Shown piece by piece: positions 50,575-60,562 of a stretch of 64,000 nt of DNA. The notes below the pieces were generated by a model. It did not search any database, was not told the origin of the DNA, and was given only the letters and a program-made list of their open reading frames with translations. Position numbers and translations under genes: made by a program. The DNA is from a virus, in the IMG/VR virus record IMGVR_UViG_3300032516_000003, positions 1,341-65,340 of that record; one strand, given 5' to 3'. Positions within the stretch are counted from its first letter, which is position 1; each line of letters begins with the position of its first letter.

Positions 50575-53039
50575 ATCCAGCGTGGGGCTATCGGAAGGCC
50601 CACTACGTCGGACCGGCAGCCGGAGCCGGCACGGACTACCAAGTGCGCGTGGTGGCGCACTTCGGTGCCGGGGCCGACGGTGGTGAGGACGTCTACCTCG
50701 ACAGCAAGGGCAAGACGGACTTTGGCGACCTGCGCTTCACGGACAACACCGGTGTCACCCCGCTGAGCTACTGGATCGAAAAGAAGATCGATAGTGACTA
50801 CGCCATCGTCTGGGTCAAGATCAGCGACGACCTGAGCGTGTACGACAAGCGCATCTACGTCTACTACGGGAACGCGGGCGCAGCTTCGGCCGCCGACGGT
50901 GATGGCACCTTCATCTTCTTCGACGACTTCGAGACCGATCTCGCCAAGTGGAGTGCCGTCGGCCAGTTGGAGGGACCGTGGTCCGAGTGTACTTTTCAGC
51001 ATCACATCGCCCGTACCGCAGACGGAACGATCCACGTAATCACCAATTCGGTCTTCAACACCGGCTCCGGCAACTCCTACATCAAGCATTCCCTGAGCCG
51101 GGACGGCGGGGCGACCTGGGCTACCATCAACGTGGCCACGACTACTCCCGGCGTGCTCGATCTACCGTCCATGGTAACCGACGCCGGCGACAACTTGCAC
51201 ATGGCCCGAGGGTACTTCGCCGGGGGAAACAACGGGCGCATCTATTACCGGAAGGCTCTGGTCGACAAGACCAACCCGAGCCTGTGGGTGTGGAACTGGC
51301 AAACCGAGAAGACGGTCGCGGCGATCACCAACGGCGGACCGCCAGACATCGCGGTGGACACGAACGGATACATTCACGTCGTCTACGAGCGAAACCTCAC
51401 AACCAAAGGTCAATGGGCGCGGTCGATTGACGGAGGTACGACTTGGACGCTGGAGGACTTCTCTACGATTCCCGGCCTTGGCACTAGCCAGGGCTACATC
51501 ACCGCCAGCATCGACAAGGACAGCCAGAACAACCTGTACCTCGGGCTCGGTCCGTTTCTCGGCTCTGAGCGGCATCCCAAGTTCTACGTCGAGAAGATCA
51601 GCTACTTGGGCGGCACGTCTTGGTCGCAAGGGGCAGTCGTGCCGGTCACCGCTGACGACGCGACCTTCGGGCAGTTGGTCGTTCTCCCCGACGACCGCAT
51701 CTTCGTCCTCTACGGCATCGACACGTCTCCGTCCATTGTCTGCCGGAAGTCGACGAACCCGCGCGATGAAACGGTGTGGGACGCAGAGGTCTTGGTCGCG
51801 AACGGGACGGCGGCGGTCAACCGCGACTTCACGTTTGCCTACACCGACTCAAGCAACTTCAAGGTGGTCTACCTCACGGACCAGTGGCACAGCGACCTGG
51901 ACTTGGTCCTGACCGCGTCATCCGATGGTGGAGCTACCTGGGGAGCCGCAACTCAACTCACGGATTACGCGGTTCCCAAGCGAGGTCCCAACTCGTTGCG
52001 GCAGACCGTCGGCGGCAACATCTTGTTGATCTACCGGGAGTACGCCACCTGGGAGCAGAAGTACGGAAGCATCTTGTTCCTGACGGATGCGCCGGCCTTG
52101 GTGCAGATTTACGGGTCGTCGCCGACGCTCTCGGCGGACCACGCCTACTCTGGGAACCGGAGCGTGAAGTTCCTCCCCGCCGTAGCGACGACTCTTCAGA
52201 AGATCGGCGGTCCAACGTCCAACCACGCAGTTCACGTCCATCTGTACGATCAGGTGTCTCCCTCGACGGAGTACACGGTCTTCTCCTTCGACGCGGGGGA
52301 AGCCGAGGTGTCGTACCTCGGCATAGTCACCGACGGCGCCAACTACGAGTACATGCTTGGTGGAGCAACCTACGACAGCGGAGTCGTGCGGACAGTGGGG
52401 TGGCACGAGTTCGTGGCCCGAATGTCGCCGGGCCTCAAGGAGTTCCTCATCGACGGCAATCTCATGCCCGTCACTGGAGCAGGGAACTACGGTGCAATCA
52501 TCATCCTCATCGGTGCGGCAACCAGCGCGGTGAACTCGTACTGGGACACGGTGTTCGAGACAAAGTTCGTCAGCCCCGAACCCGCCCACGGCCTCTGGGG
52601 AGCGGAGGAGGCGAGTCCCGGAGGTACGATATACGTCGCTGAAGACGTGGTCCCGACCTTCGCATCGGGAGCGCACCTCACTGAAGAGACAGTGTTTACC
52701 CTGCCAGAGCAGGCGCACCTTGTGGAAGAGATTGTCGCCGTCCTGTCGACGCAACGGCTACGTCTCGCTGAAGATCTGCTGCTAGAGCTTCTGCTTTCCC
52801 CCTTTCACACTCCGGCCTTCCTGGCGGAGGAGATCGTGTTTGCCCTGTCGACGCAACGGTTACGTCTCGCTGAAGATCTGCTGCTAGAGCTTCTGCTTTC
52901 CCCACACACCCCTGCTTTCCTCGTGGAGGATGTGGTACTAGCACTGCTGGCGCAGAGGCGATTCAAGGTCGTGCACGAGTTTGGGGCGGAGGGTGGCGTC
53001 GGTGGCATCTCCCGCAGTAGAATCGGGGCGAGATCGTAG
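50562..53039 (+). CDS. tail-associated BNR/sialidase-like glycosidase (N-terminal DUF2341-like domain, >=3 S-x-D-G-G-x-T-W repeats, C-terminal tandem repeat)
   Basis: GTG start with GAGGA SD; SRDGGATWA, SIDGGTTWT, SSDGGATWG BNR motifs; 103-bp tandem duplication 52730-52935. Confidence 0.7.
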   Translation: MGWLDPAWGYRKAHYVGPAAGAGTDYQVRVVAHFGAGADGGEDVYLDSKGKTDFGDLRFTDNTGVTPLSYWIEKKIDSDYAIVWVKISDDLSVYDKRIYVYYGNAGAASAADGDGTFIFFDDFETDLAKWSAVGQLEGPWSECTFQHHIARTADGTIHVITNSVFNTGSGNSYIKHSLSRDGGATWATINVATTTPGVLDLPSMVTDAGDNLHMARGYFAGGNNGRIYYRKALVDKTNPSLWVWNWQTEKTVAAITNGGPPDIAVDTNGYIHVVYERNLTTKGQWARSIDGGTTWTLEDFSTIPGLGTSQGYITASIDKDSQNNLYLGLGPFLGSERHPKFYVEKISYLGGTSWSQGAVVPVTADDATFGQLVVLPDDRIFVLYGIDTSPSIVCRKSTNPRDETVWDAEVLVANGTAAVNRDFTFAYTDSSNFKVVYLTDQWHSDLDLVLTASSDGGATWGAATQLTDYAVPKRGPNSLRQTVGGNILLIYREYATWEQKYGSILFLTDAPALVQIYGSSPTLSADHAYSGNRSVKFLPAVATTLQKIGGPTSNHAVHVHLYDQVSPSTEYTVFSFDAGEAEVSYLGIVTDGANYEYMLGGATYDSGVVRTVGWHEFVARMSPGLKEFLIDGNLMPVTGAGNYGAIIILIGAATSAVNSYWDTVFETKFVSPEPAHGLWGAEEASPGGTIYVAEDVVPTFASGAHLTEETVFTLPEQAHLVEEIVAVLSTQRLRLAEDLLLELLLSPFHTPAFLAEEIVFALSTQRLRLAEDLLLELLLSPHTPAFLVEDVVLALLAQRRFKVVHEFGAEGGVGGISRSRIGARS
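52730..52935 (+). repeat. ~103-bp tandem duplication inside BNR-protein gene
   Basis: CTGTCGACGCAACGG(C/T)TACGTCTCGCTGAAGATCTGCTGCTAGAGCTTCTGCTTTCCCC twice. Confidence 0.75.
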
Positions 53040-53040
53040 C

Positions 53041-53439
53041 ATGGATGCAAGGCAACTAGGTTCCACGGTACACCCCGTCGTCTGGCTGATGGTGGACGCG
53101 ACTGATCATGTAGTACCCAAGCTCGGACTCACACCTACCGTCGTCATCTCCAAGGATGGCGCTCCGTTCGCGGCTCCCGTGGGCACCGTAGTGGAGATCG
53201 GCAACGGCTGGTACAAACTTGCGGGTGCCGCAGCAGATCGCAGTGCCCTAGGGGAGTTGATCATTCATGCCGAAGCGGTGGGGGCTGACCCAGCCGACGT
53301 ACGTGTCACGATTGTCGAGTTCGATCCGTTCGTCGATGTCTCGGCCATCAAAGCCAAGACGGACAATCTCCCGGCTGATCCAGCAAGTGAGGGGACTGTC
53401 AACGGAGTAGCGGACCTAGTAGTTGCATTTGGCCCCTAA
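53041..53439 (+). CDS. hypothetical protein, 132 aa
   Basis: ATG immediately after upstream stop. Confidence 0.6.
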   Translation: MDARQLGSTVHPVVWLMVDATDHVVPKLGLTPTVVISKDGAPFAAPVGTVVEIGNGWYKLAGAAADRSALGELIIHAEAVGADPADVRVTIVEFDPFVDVSAIKAKTDNLPADPASEGTVNGVADLVVAFGP

Positions 53440-53493
53440 TGGCAGCATTGAACAGGCTGCTAGCCTAACCCAGGAAGAAGTGAGAGGGCTCTC

Positions 53494-53757
53494 ATGAGCA
53501 ATGACCAGACCCCGCCTGACGGACATGAGTTGTTCCCCGAGGCCGGGATCGAGCTCATCGGTAGCCTCTCGCTAGATGAGAAACTCGATAAGATCATCGT
53601 GCTGTTGGAGAAGAGCGAACGGGATCGACAGGAGATGAAGGTGCGCCTGGAGCAAGTCGAACACAACCTGGACATGCTCCGGGCTGCCTACCAGCAGCAT
53701 GGCCTTCGCCTTGGTGAACTGTTCGCCCGCCTCGACGACCTCTGGAAGCATGTCTGA
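53494..53757 (+). CDS. coiled-coil protein, 87 aa
   Basis: GAGAGGG SD. Confidence 0.55.
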   Translation: MSNDQTPPDGHELFPEAGIELIGSLSLDEKLDKIIVLLEKSERDRQEMKVRLEQVEHNLDMLRAAYQQHGLRLGELFARLDDLWKHV

Positions 53758-53815
53758 CGGTAGCGTTGAACGGGCCCGCTAACCGGGTGTAGAGTCTAGG
53801 AGAAGGAGTAGCGGA

Positions 53816-55543
53816 ATGCCAATCCCTGTCGCTCAAGCGGGCCCTACTCAGGCGTGGCTGGCCTCCTCGTTGCCGAAGACCGTCACCCTCGCTGGTGGCG
53901 CTACCAACCCGCCAATCCTCAGTTGGGAATGGACGATGCTGTCCGTACCCCCGGGCTCGACGGCCAACGTGGGGGTCAATGGCAATTTCACCGACGGGGT
54001 CGCCACCGTCCAGAACCCCAGTTTCATCTGCGACGTCGTTGGCGGCTATGTCCTGCAGCTGCGCGCTCGGAACTCCTTCGGCTGGAGTCTACCCAACAAG
54101 GACTTGGACGGCGGTCAGACGATCATCTACATCGAGACGGCCCGCTTCCAGCTGCGACTGCCTGGCTACAAGGAGTACCGCTACGACGCGGCTCTCAACA
54201 CCGACCTCCTGACGTTGGAGAGCGCGATCATCACCGATCACGGCCTGCTCGACGTCACCTCGCTCACACACGACGACCATGGGCAGTATGCACTCCTCGC
54301 AGGTCGTGCCGGTGGGCAGACACTCATTGGTGGCACTGGCACCACTGACAAGCTGATCCTCCAGGCGACGAACAACGTCGCCGCGGCCAGTGGCTCCAAC
54401 GTAGTGCTTCGGGTGGGTTCGAGTGGGTCGCTAATCGACGCCCTCACTGTGGCCTACGATGGCAGCATCACCGTGACCGGCACCGTGAGTGGCGTCACGC
54501 CTACTGACCCAGCGCATCTCACCACCAAGCTCTACGTCGACGGGCTCATCACTGGCTTGAACTGGAAGGCCATGGTACGCCTGGCCTCCACCGTCGCCGG
54601 TGGCAACGTCACGCTGAATGGGGACCAGGCCATCGACGGCTTCACCACGACCGAGCTGGACCGCGTCCTCCTCAAGAACCAGACCAGCCCCATCGAGAAC
54701 GGCATCTGGATTGCGCACACTGGCGCCGCCTGGACCCGCGCTGCTGACATGCCGGCCGGCAGTCATGCCAGTACGGTTACGGTCTTCGTCGACATCGGCA
54801 CGCTCAACGAGGATGTCTCCTGGTTCTGTCTGACCGACAAGCCCAACGACATCGTTGGCACCCACGCGCTGTCTTTCCAGGTCTTCTCCAACACCCTCTC
54901 GATGCACAACGCCCTCACCGGCCTCGATGGCGGCACGAGCGGGCAGTACTACCACCTGACGTCCGCGCAGCACACTGCGTTGACCAACACGTTCACGGTC
55001 GGCATGGGTGGCACCGGCACCTCTACACAGTTCACAGAGGGCTCGGTAGTCTTCGCGGGAGCCTCTGGTGTCTACAGTCAGAACAATGCCAAGCTGACTT
55101 GGGACAACGCCAATTTCCGGCTGAGCATCACCGGAGACCTCACGGTCACCGGAGCTCTCGGCCTCTACTCCTACACCGCCGGAGAGACTCTGGCCCAGTA
55201 TGACGTCGTCTACGCCTACTGTGAAGCGGGCACCTCGGGCCGACTCAAGAAGGCCACGAACGCGGCCGAGAGTACCTCTCGGGTCGTGGGAGTAGTCGTC
55301 ACTGGCAACACCGCCGGCAACGCGGCCACCATCGTCATGGCGGGGGTCTACAAGATGACCTTCACCGGCACCACGCCCGCCATCACGCACTTCGGCCAGC
55401 CGGTGTACCTGAGCGCGACGGCAGGGGCGGTGACCCTGACGGCGCCGGGAGCCGGCACAGTCCTGTTGCGGGTGGGCTACCTAGTGGGCATCGGCGCCCA
55501 GGCCGAGGTCAGCATCCACATCGGCGACGAGTTCCAGCAGTGA
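53816..55543 (+). CDS. tail fibre protein, 575 aa
   Basis: TAGGAGAAGGAGTAGCGGA-ATG; Thr/Gly/Ala-rich beta composition. Confidence 0.7.
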   Translation: MPIPVAQAGPTQAWLASSLPKTVTLAGGATNPPILSWEWTMLSVPPGSTANVGVNGNFTDGVATVQNPSFICDVVGGYVLQLRARNSFGWSLPNKDLDGGQTIIYIETARFQLRLPGYKEYRYDAALNTDLLTLESAIITDHGLLDVTSLTHDDHGQYALLAGRAGGQTLIGGTGTTDKLILQATNNVAAASGSNVVLRVGSSGSLIDALTVAYDGSITVTGTVSGVTPTDPAHLTTKLYVDGLITGLNWKAMVRLASTVAGGNVTLNGDQAIDGFTTTELDRVLLKNQTSPIENGIWIAHTGAAWTRAADMPAGSHASTVTVFVDIGTLNEDVSWFCLTDKPNDIVGTHALSFQVFSNTLSMHNALTGLDGGTSGQYYHLTSAQHTALTNTFTVGMGGTGTSTQFTEGSVVFAGASGVYSQNNAKLTWDNANFRLSITGDLTVTGALGLYSYTAGETLAQYDVVYAYCEAGTSGRLKKATNAAESTSRVVGVVVTGNTAGNAATIVMAGVYKMTFTGTTPAITHFGQPVYLSATAGAVTLTAPGAGTVLLRVGYLVGIGAQAEVSIHIGDEFQQ

Positions 55544-55552
55544 GGAGACAAG

Positions 55553-55969
55553 ATGTCCCAATACGACAGCCTCGTCATCAAGTCCGGCATCCCGACCGTC
55601 ATCGGGACCGACACCTTGCGTGCTGATCGCGGAGCACCTGCGGGACTGACGACGACTGGGCTGGCTTCAGGAGATGCCTGCCAGATCTCCGGGGCGCTCA
55701 CCCTTCAGAAGGCGGTGAACACCAGCACGAGTCCGATCATCGGCATCTACGATGGGGTGTCAGGCTCGGTGGTGCGAGAGGGTGTAGTCGTCGCCACGTT
55801 CTCGGATAGCTGTCCTGCTGCCGGCAGTGCCGTCTACCTGTCCTCCACGGCGGGGCAACTCACGGGAACCAAGCCAACCACCGACTACTTGCATGAAGTA
55901 GGGGTAGTGATCGACGCCTCGACGTGCAAGGTGTTACTGCAACCGAAGCCAGTGATCATGCTGTCGTAG
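55553..55969 (+). CDS. hypothetical protein, 138 aa; paralog of N-terminal domain of next gene
   Basis: shares QYDxLVIKSG...DTDTLRAD...AGLTTTGL.GDACQ.SG.LTL.KA..TS.P.IG.YD.V.GSVVREGVV with 55978 gene. Confidence 0.65.
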   Translation: MSQYDSLVIKSGIPTVIGTDTLRADRGAPAGLTTTGLASGDACQISGALTLQKAVNTSTSPIIGIYDGVSGSVVREGVVVATFSDSCPAAGSAVYLSSTAGQLTGTKPTTDYLHEVGVVIDASTCKVLLQPKPVIMLS

Positions 55970-55977
55970 AGGAACGT

Positions 55978-57468
55978 ATGGCGAACCAGTATGACCCACT
56001 CGTCATCAAGTCCGGCCTCGCGGGAGTCCTCGACACCGACACGCTCCGCGCCGACCTGATCGCCCATGCCGGCCTGACGACCACGGGCCTGACTGCGGGT
56101 GATGCTTGTCAGGTCTCGGGGAATCTAACCCTTGGTAAGGCCGCCAAGACCTCACGCCCTCTTATCTTCGGCGTCTACGATGAGGTGACGGGTTCGGTGG
56201 TGCGCGAAGGGGTAGTCGCGGCTGGCTTCATCTCCGGCCTAACGATCGCCGCTGGCGATACGGCGTACCTCTCAGACACTGCTGGCAAACTGACGAACGT
56301 AAAACCAACACTGGGTGCCGCAATCAAAGCGGGCGTCGTCGTCGATGCCTCGATCTACGGCAGCCCCGACTACTTCTGCAAGCTCTTGCTACAACCAGAG
56401 TGGCCGGTAGGCTTAGCCGTACCAGGCCAGGTCATCGTAGTAGGTGGTGGGTCCTCTGATCCAGGAACGGGAGCTACCGAAGTATACAACGAGGACACCG
56501 CTCAGTGGTCGTTGTTGGGACAGCTGCACACCCCTAGGATCAACCCCAACATAGTGATCTTACCTGATAGACGTATATTGGCCATTGGGGGTAGAAACAC
56601 CGGTGATGCTGCCTTGAGTACGACGGAGATCCTGGTCGGAAGCTATTGGACCACCATCTCCCCCCTCAACACCGCCCGCAAGTCTGCCTGCTGCTGTGTA
56701 CTGGCGGATGGTCGTGTGCTCATTACTGGTGGTCTTACTGGGACCAGTACATGGGTTTACACATCAGAAGTGTGGGATCCAAGTACCGAACTGTGGAGCT
56801 ATGTCGCGTCATCTGATCGACGAGTCTGTCAGACAGAGGCGGTGTTACTGAACAACGGCAAGGTACTAGTTTCAGGTGGTTTCTATTCTACCACCTACCA
56901 CTGGGACGCTAGAATCTACGACCCTGCTGATGATTCGTGGATAGCCTCCACGAATGATATGTCCAGGCAGCGGGCCTTCTTTCCGTCAATCATTCTCTCG
57001 GATGGCAGGGTCTTACTGGCCGGAGGATATTATCTTAGTGGGGGCACCTACACTCCTGCGTGTGATACTTACGATCCCGCAACCAACTCGTTCACCGCCA
57101 CGGGGAACCTACCAGAAGGTCGAGCACAATCGGCACTGGTGGTGCTGGCAGATGGACAGGTCTTCTGGGCTGGTGGTTATGTTGGCGGAGGCTTCAGCAG
57201 AGCAAGCGCAGCTATCTGGAATCCTAGTACAGGACTCTGGACGGCTACTGGTAGTATGACCCGTACCCGTTCCGGGTTCAATCTTGAGAATCGACTGGCA
57301 GCCTTTAGACTTAGTAACGGTAATGTGCTAATACCGAATAATCTAAACGGTGTTTCTAGTTACTCTGCGTATGACATCTTCAATGGCAGTACTTGCAGTT
57401 CACCCGGAGGTAGCCTTGTAAGTAGGCAGAGTCGCCCCGCGGCAGGTGTGTGGTTTCCTCCAGCGTGA
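55978..57468 (+). CDS. Kelch-repeat beta-propeller protein (receptor-binding candidate), 496 aa
   Basis: GTAGAGGAACGT-ATG; repeated DGRVLITGG / NGKVLVSGG / DGRVLLAGG / DGQVFWAGG blades. Confidence 0.75.
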   Translation: MANQYDPLVIKSGLAGVLDTDTLRADLIAHAGLTTTGLTAGDACQVSGNLTLGKAAKTSRPLIFGVYDEVTGSVVREGVVAAGFISGLTIAAGDTAYLSDTAGKLTNVKPTLGAAIKAGVVVDASIYGSPDYFCKLLLQPEWPVGLAVPGQVIVVGGGSSDPGTGATEVYNEDTAQWSLLGQLHTPRINPNIVILPDRRILAIGGRNTGDAALSTTEILVGSYWTTISPLNTARKSACCCVLADGRVLITGGLTGTSTWVYTSEVWDPSTELWSYVASSDRRVCQTEAVLLNNGKVLVSGGFYSTTYHWDARIYDPADDSWIASTNDMSRQRAFFPSIILSDGRVLLAGGYYLSGGTYTPACDTYDPATNSFTATGNLPEGRAQSALVVLADGQVFWAGGYVGGGFSRASAAIWNPSTGLWTATGSMTRTRSGFNLENRLAAFRLSNGNVLIPNNLNGVSSYSAYDIFNGSTCSSPGGSLVSRQSRPAAGVWFPPA

Positions 57469-57483
57469 GATCGAGGTGAAGAG

Positions 57484-60120
57484 ATGGCGTCCGCATACCC
57501 AGTCTACTCTCCCGCTTCGGCCCCTGGCCTGGCGCGGTTCCTCGACGCCGACACCTGCAAGGTCGGCATCCTCCAGGTGACCTCATTTACCTTGGGCTCG
57601 GTGATCTTCGCAGGAGCCAGTGGACTGCTGGCCCAGGACAACTCCAACCTGTTCTGGGATGCGACCAACAAGCGGCTGGGGATCGGTGCTGCAGCGGCCC
57701 CGAGTGCTACGCTGCATGTCGTCCAACCGGTGATCACCACCGGCTCTCCCACTATTCTCTGGTTCACAGGTGGGGCACACACGACATTGACGGTCATAGA
57801 AGTCACCGACATCTATTTCAACCTCGCACGTACGGTGACATTCACCACCGGAGGCGGCACCATAGCCGCACAACGAGCGGTCTACATCAACGCCCCAACC
57901 TATGCGGCTGGTGCAGCAACGACGCTCACCTATGCCGCCACCATGGCGATTATCGGAGCACCCGTCAAGGGCTCCAATGTCACCCTCACAGCTACGCACG
58001 GACTCTACATCGGAGCAGGAGCCGTCAGCACGGCAACAGCAAGCTATGGCCTCACAGTCAATGCCCAGACCGGGGCAACCGCCAACTATGCAGCCCAGTT
58101 CGTGGGGGGCAACGTCGGCATCGGCATCGCGGCGCCGACGGCAAACCTCCACGTGGCTCAGACAGTCACGGCGACGGGGGCGCTCAAGGGTATCGTCTAT
58201 GTCGGAGCGGTTAACACCAACCAGACCCTCTCCACAGAGATCCCCTCCGTCACCATCACGACGGCAGGCCGCCAATGGGCGACCGGGGCGTTGTCATGGC
58301 AACGGGAGATCCTGATCTCTGAGCCCACTTACTCATTCGTCGGGGCCAGCGTGATCGCGGACGCAGTGACGGTGATGCTCGGTGGCGCTCCGATCGCCCA
58401 CACCAACGCCACCTTGACGCGCTCGCATGCCATTTACATCGGCGCGACGGATGTCACCAACGCCGGGGCCTGCGGCACGAGCTATGCTTTGACTGTCAAC
58501 GCCATGACCGGCGCGACCGCGAACTACTGCGCCCAGTTCATCGGGGGCAACGTCGGCATCAACGATGCCGCGCCCACCTACGTGCTCTCCATCGGCAAGA
58601 GCGCCTCGTACTCCGAACTCCTGGTCGGCGACGCCATCGAGACCACGGTAGCGGATGGAACAGTGCGCCTCACCTGGGGCAACACCGCTGGTAATGTCAC
58701 GCTCAAGATGGGCCAGTCTTCAACAGCCGACCTGATCGTCGCGTGGAACTACAACGCGACGCCAGCTAACGCCTACGCCGAGATCACGACCCATTCCACT
58801 TCAGCGTGTCCGTTGGCTCTGCAAACCTTCACGGGCGGCAAGGTCGGCATCGGCATAACAGCACCGTTGAGTACGCTACATGTTCAACAGACCGCAGCAG
58901 CTACGGGCGCGTTGAAGGGTTTCATCTACACAGGTGCGGTTAACACCAACCAGACCCTTTCCACAGAGATTCCGGCGGTCACCATCACCACGGCGGGGCG
59001 GCAGTGGGCCACTGGGGCACTCACTACGCAGCGAGAAGTGCTGATCACTCAGCCTACCTACTCCTTCGTGGGTGCCAGCACGATCACAGATGCCGCGACC
59101 CTAGGTATCGACGGGGCACCGATCCTCTCTACCAATGCCACCATCACCCGTGCCCACGCGCTCCTCATCCAGGCGGGTGCAGTAGGAGCAGTAGCTGCCA
59201 GTTACGGTCTGACAGTCAACGCTCAGACGGGCGGCACGGCCAACTACTGCGCTCAGTTCATCGGGGGCAACGTCGGCATCGGCACCGCCAGCCCTACCGC
59301 CGCTCTGCACCTCAAGGCCGGCACCACGGCTGCCAGCACCGCGCCGCTGAAGCTCACCTCCGGGGACCTGATGACCGCACCGGAGGCGGGAGCCATCGAG
59401 TTCCTCACCGACACCTTCTACGGGACGATCACCACCGGGGTGGCCCGCAAGGCGTTCGCCTTTGCCGCCGATGTGGTGCCCACCAGCCGGACCATCACGG
59501 CGGGCACTGGGCTCTCGGGGGGTGGAGATCTGACCGCCAACCGCACCCTCTCGGTGGACCAGAGCTTCGCGCCGACCTGGACGGGGAAGCACACCTTCGC
59601 CAACGACATCGACTTCGGGTCGGGAGCGAATCGGGTACTCAAGATCGCCGACAATGATAGCCTGCGCAGCTTAACCGTGAAGACCGGAGACGAGGTCACT
59701 CCCAGCACGGGATCTGGCGATTTCCTCCTGGACGTCGGAGCTGCTGCCGCTTCTGCAGGGAAATTGAAGCTTGGTGCTACCAACGCCGCCGAAGTCTGGC
59801 TCGTAGCTTCGGGCAAGAAACTCGGCTTCTTCGGTACCACTGCCGCGGTACAGGCTTCGGCCTATACCCAAACCTACACGACGGCAGACAAGACGCAAGC
59901 GAACTTGACCTCCGCCACGCTCACGGACAGCTCTGGCGGATCTCCGGGGACCACCCTGGCGGCGATCACCGGCGGTGGCATCGCGTGTGAGAACGCCACC
60001 AAGGATGCCGTCGCTTCTCTAGCAGCGCAGGTCAATGCGTTGCGGGTTGACCTGGAGGACGTGAAGCAGATCACCAACTCGCTCATTGATGACTTGCAAG
60101 CTTACGGACTTGCGCAGTAG
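57484..60120 (+). CDS. long tail fibre with three internal ~270-aa repeats, 878 aa
   Basis: repeated ANYAAQFVGGNVGIGIAAPTANLHVAQT...NTNQTLSTEIPSVTITTAGRQWATGAL blocks. Confidence 0.75.
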   Translation: MASAYPVYSPASAPGLARFLDADTCKVGILQVTSFTLGSVIFAGASGLLAQDNSNLFWDATNKRLGIGAAAAPSATLHVVQPVITTGSPTILWFTGGAHTTLTVIEVTDIYFNLARTVTFTTGGGTIAAQRAVYINAPTYAAGAATTLTYAATMAIIGAPVKGSNVTLTATHGLYIGAGAVSTATASYGLTVNAQTGATANYAAQFVGGNVGIGIAAPTANLHVAQTVTATGALKGIVYVGAVNTNQTLSTEIPSVTITTAGRQWATGALSWQREILISEPTYSFVGASVIADAVTVMLGGAPIAHTNATLTRSHAIYIGATDVTNAGACGTSYALTVNAMTGATANYCAQFIGGNVGINDAAPTYVLSIGKSASYSELLVGDAIETTVADGTVRLTWGNTAGNVTLKMGQSSTADLIVAWNYNATPANAYAEITTHSTSACPLALQTFTGGKVGIGITAPLSTLHVQQTAAATGALKGFIYTGAVNTNQTLSTEIPAVTITTAGRQWATGALTTQREVLITQPTYSFVGASTITDAATLGIDGAPILSTNATITRAHALLIQAGAVGAVAASYGLTVNAQTGGTANYCAQFIGGNVGIGTASPTAALHLKAGTTAASTAPLKLTSGDLMTAPEAGAIEFLTDTFYGTITTGVARKAFAFAADVVPTSRTITAGTGLSGGGDLTANRTLSVDQSFAPTWTGKHTFANDIDFGSGANRVLKIADNDSLRSLTVKTGDEVTPSTGSGDFLLDVGAAAASAGKLKLGATNAAEVWLVASGKKLGFFGTTAAVQASAYTQTYTTADKTQANLTSATLTDSSGGSPGTTLAAITGGGIACENATKDAVASLAAQVNALRVDLEDVKQITNSLIDDLQAYGLAQ

Positions 60121-60183
60121 TATGCCGTTGTGGGCCGGTTCGCTAAGTGGCTGAAACAGAACCCTAACAAGAGAGGTAAGCGA

Positions 60184-60555
60184 ATGCCGATCAAGTACAT
60201 CGCCATCCCAGATCCGATCACCCTGGTGGAGCCGACGACCAAGGAGCCGCTGAAGGACGAGAAGGGCGAGACCAAGCCAGTCGCCTTCTCCGACTTCATC
60301 GGCAAGCAGCTCTTCAACCCGATGTGGGCCGAGAACTACAAGAACATCAAGAGCGCCAAGGCCATCGACAAGGCGTTCTCCAACGGCAGCGGGGTTGCCC
60401 AGCTCGCCGAGGAGGACTGGAAGAAGCTGAAGGATCTGGTCGAGAACCCCAAGAGTGGCTACGGCTACCACGCCGCTGTCATGCCCCAGCTCCTCCCCTT
60501 CCTCGAAGCCATCGTAGAAGCCAAGGACGCCCCGCCCGAAGAGAAGAAGGACTGA
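60184..60555 (+). CDS. hypothetical protein, 123 aa
   Basis: AGAGGTAAGCGA-ATG. Confidence 0.55.
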   Translation: MPIKYIAIPDPITLVEPTTKEPLKDEKGETKPVAFSDFIGKQLFNPMWAENYKNIKSAKAIDKAFSNGSGVAQLAEEDWKKLKDLVENPKSGYGYHAAVMPQLLPFLEAIVEAKDAPPEEKKD

Positions 60556-60562
60556 TCGTCGC

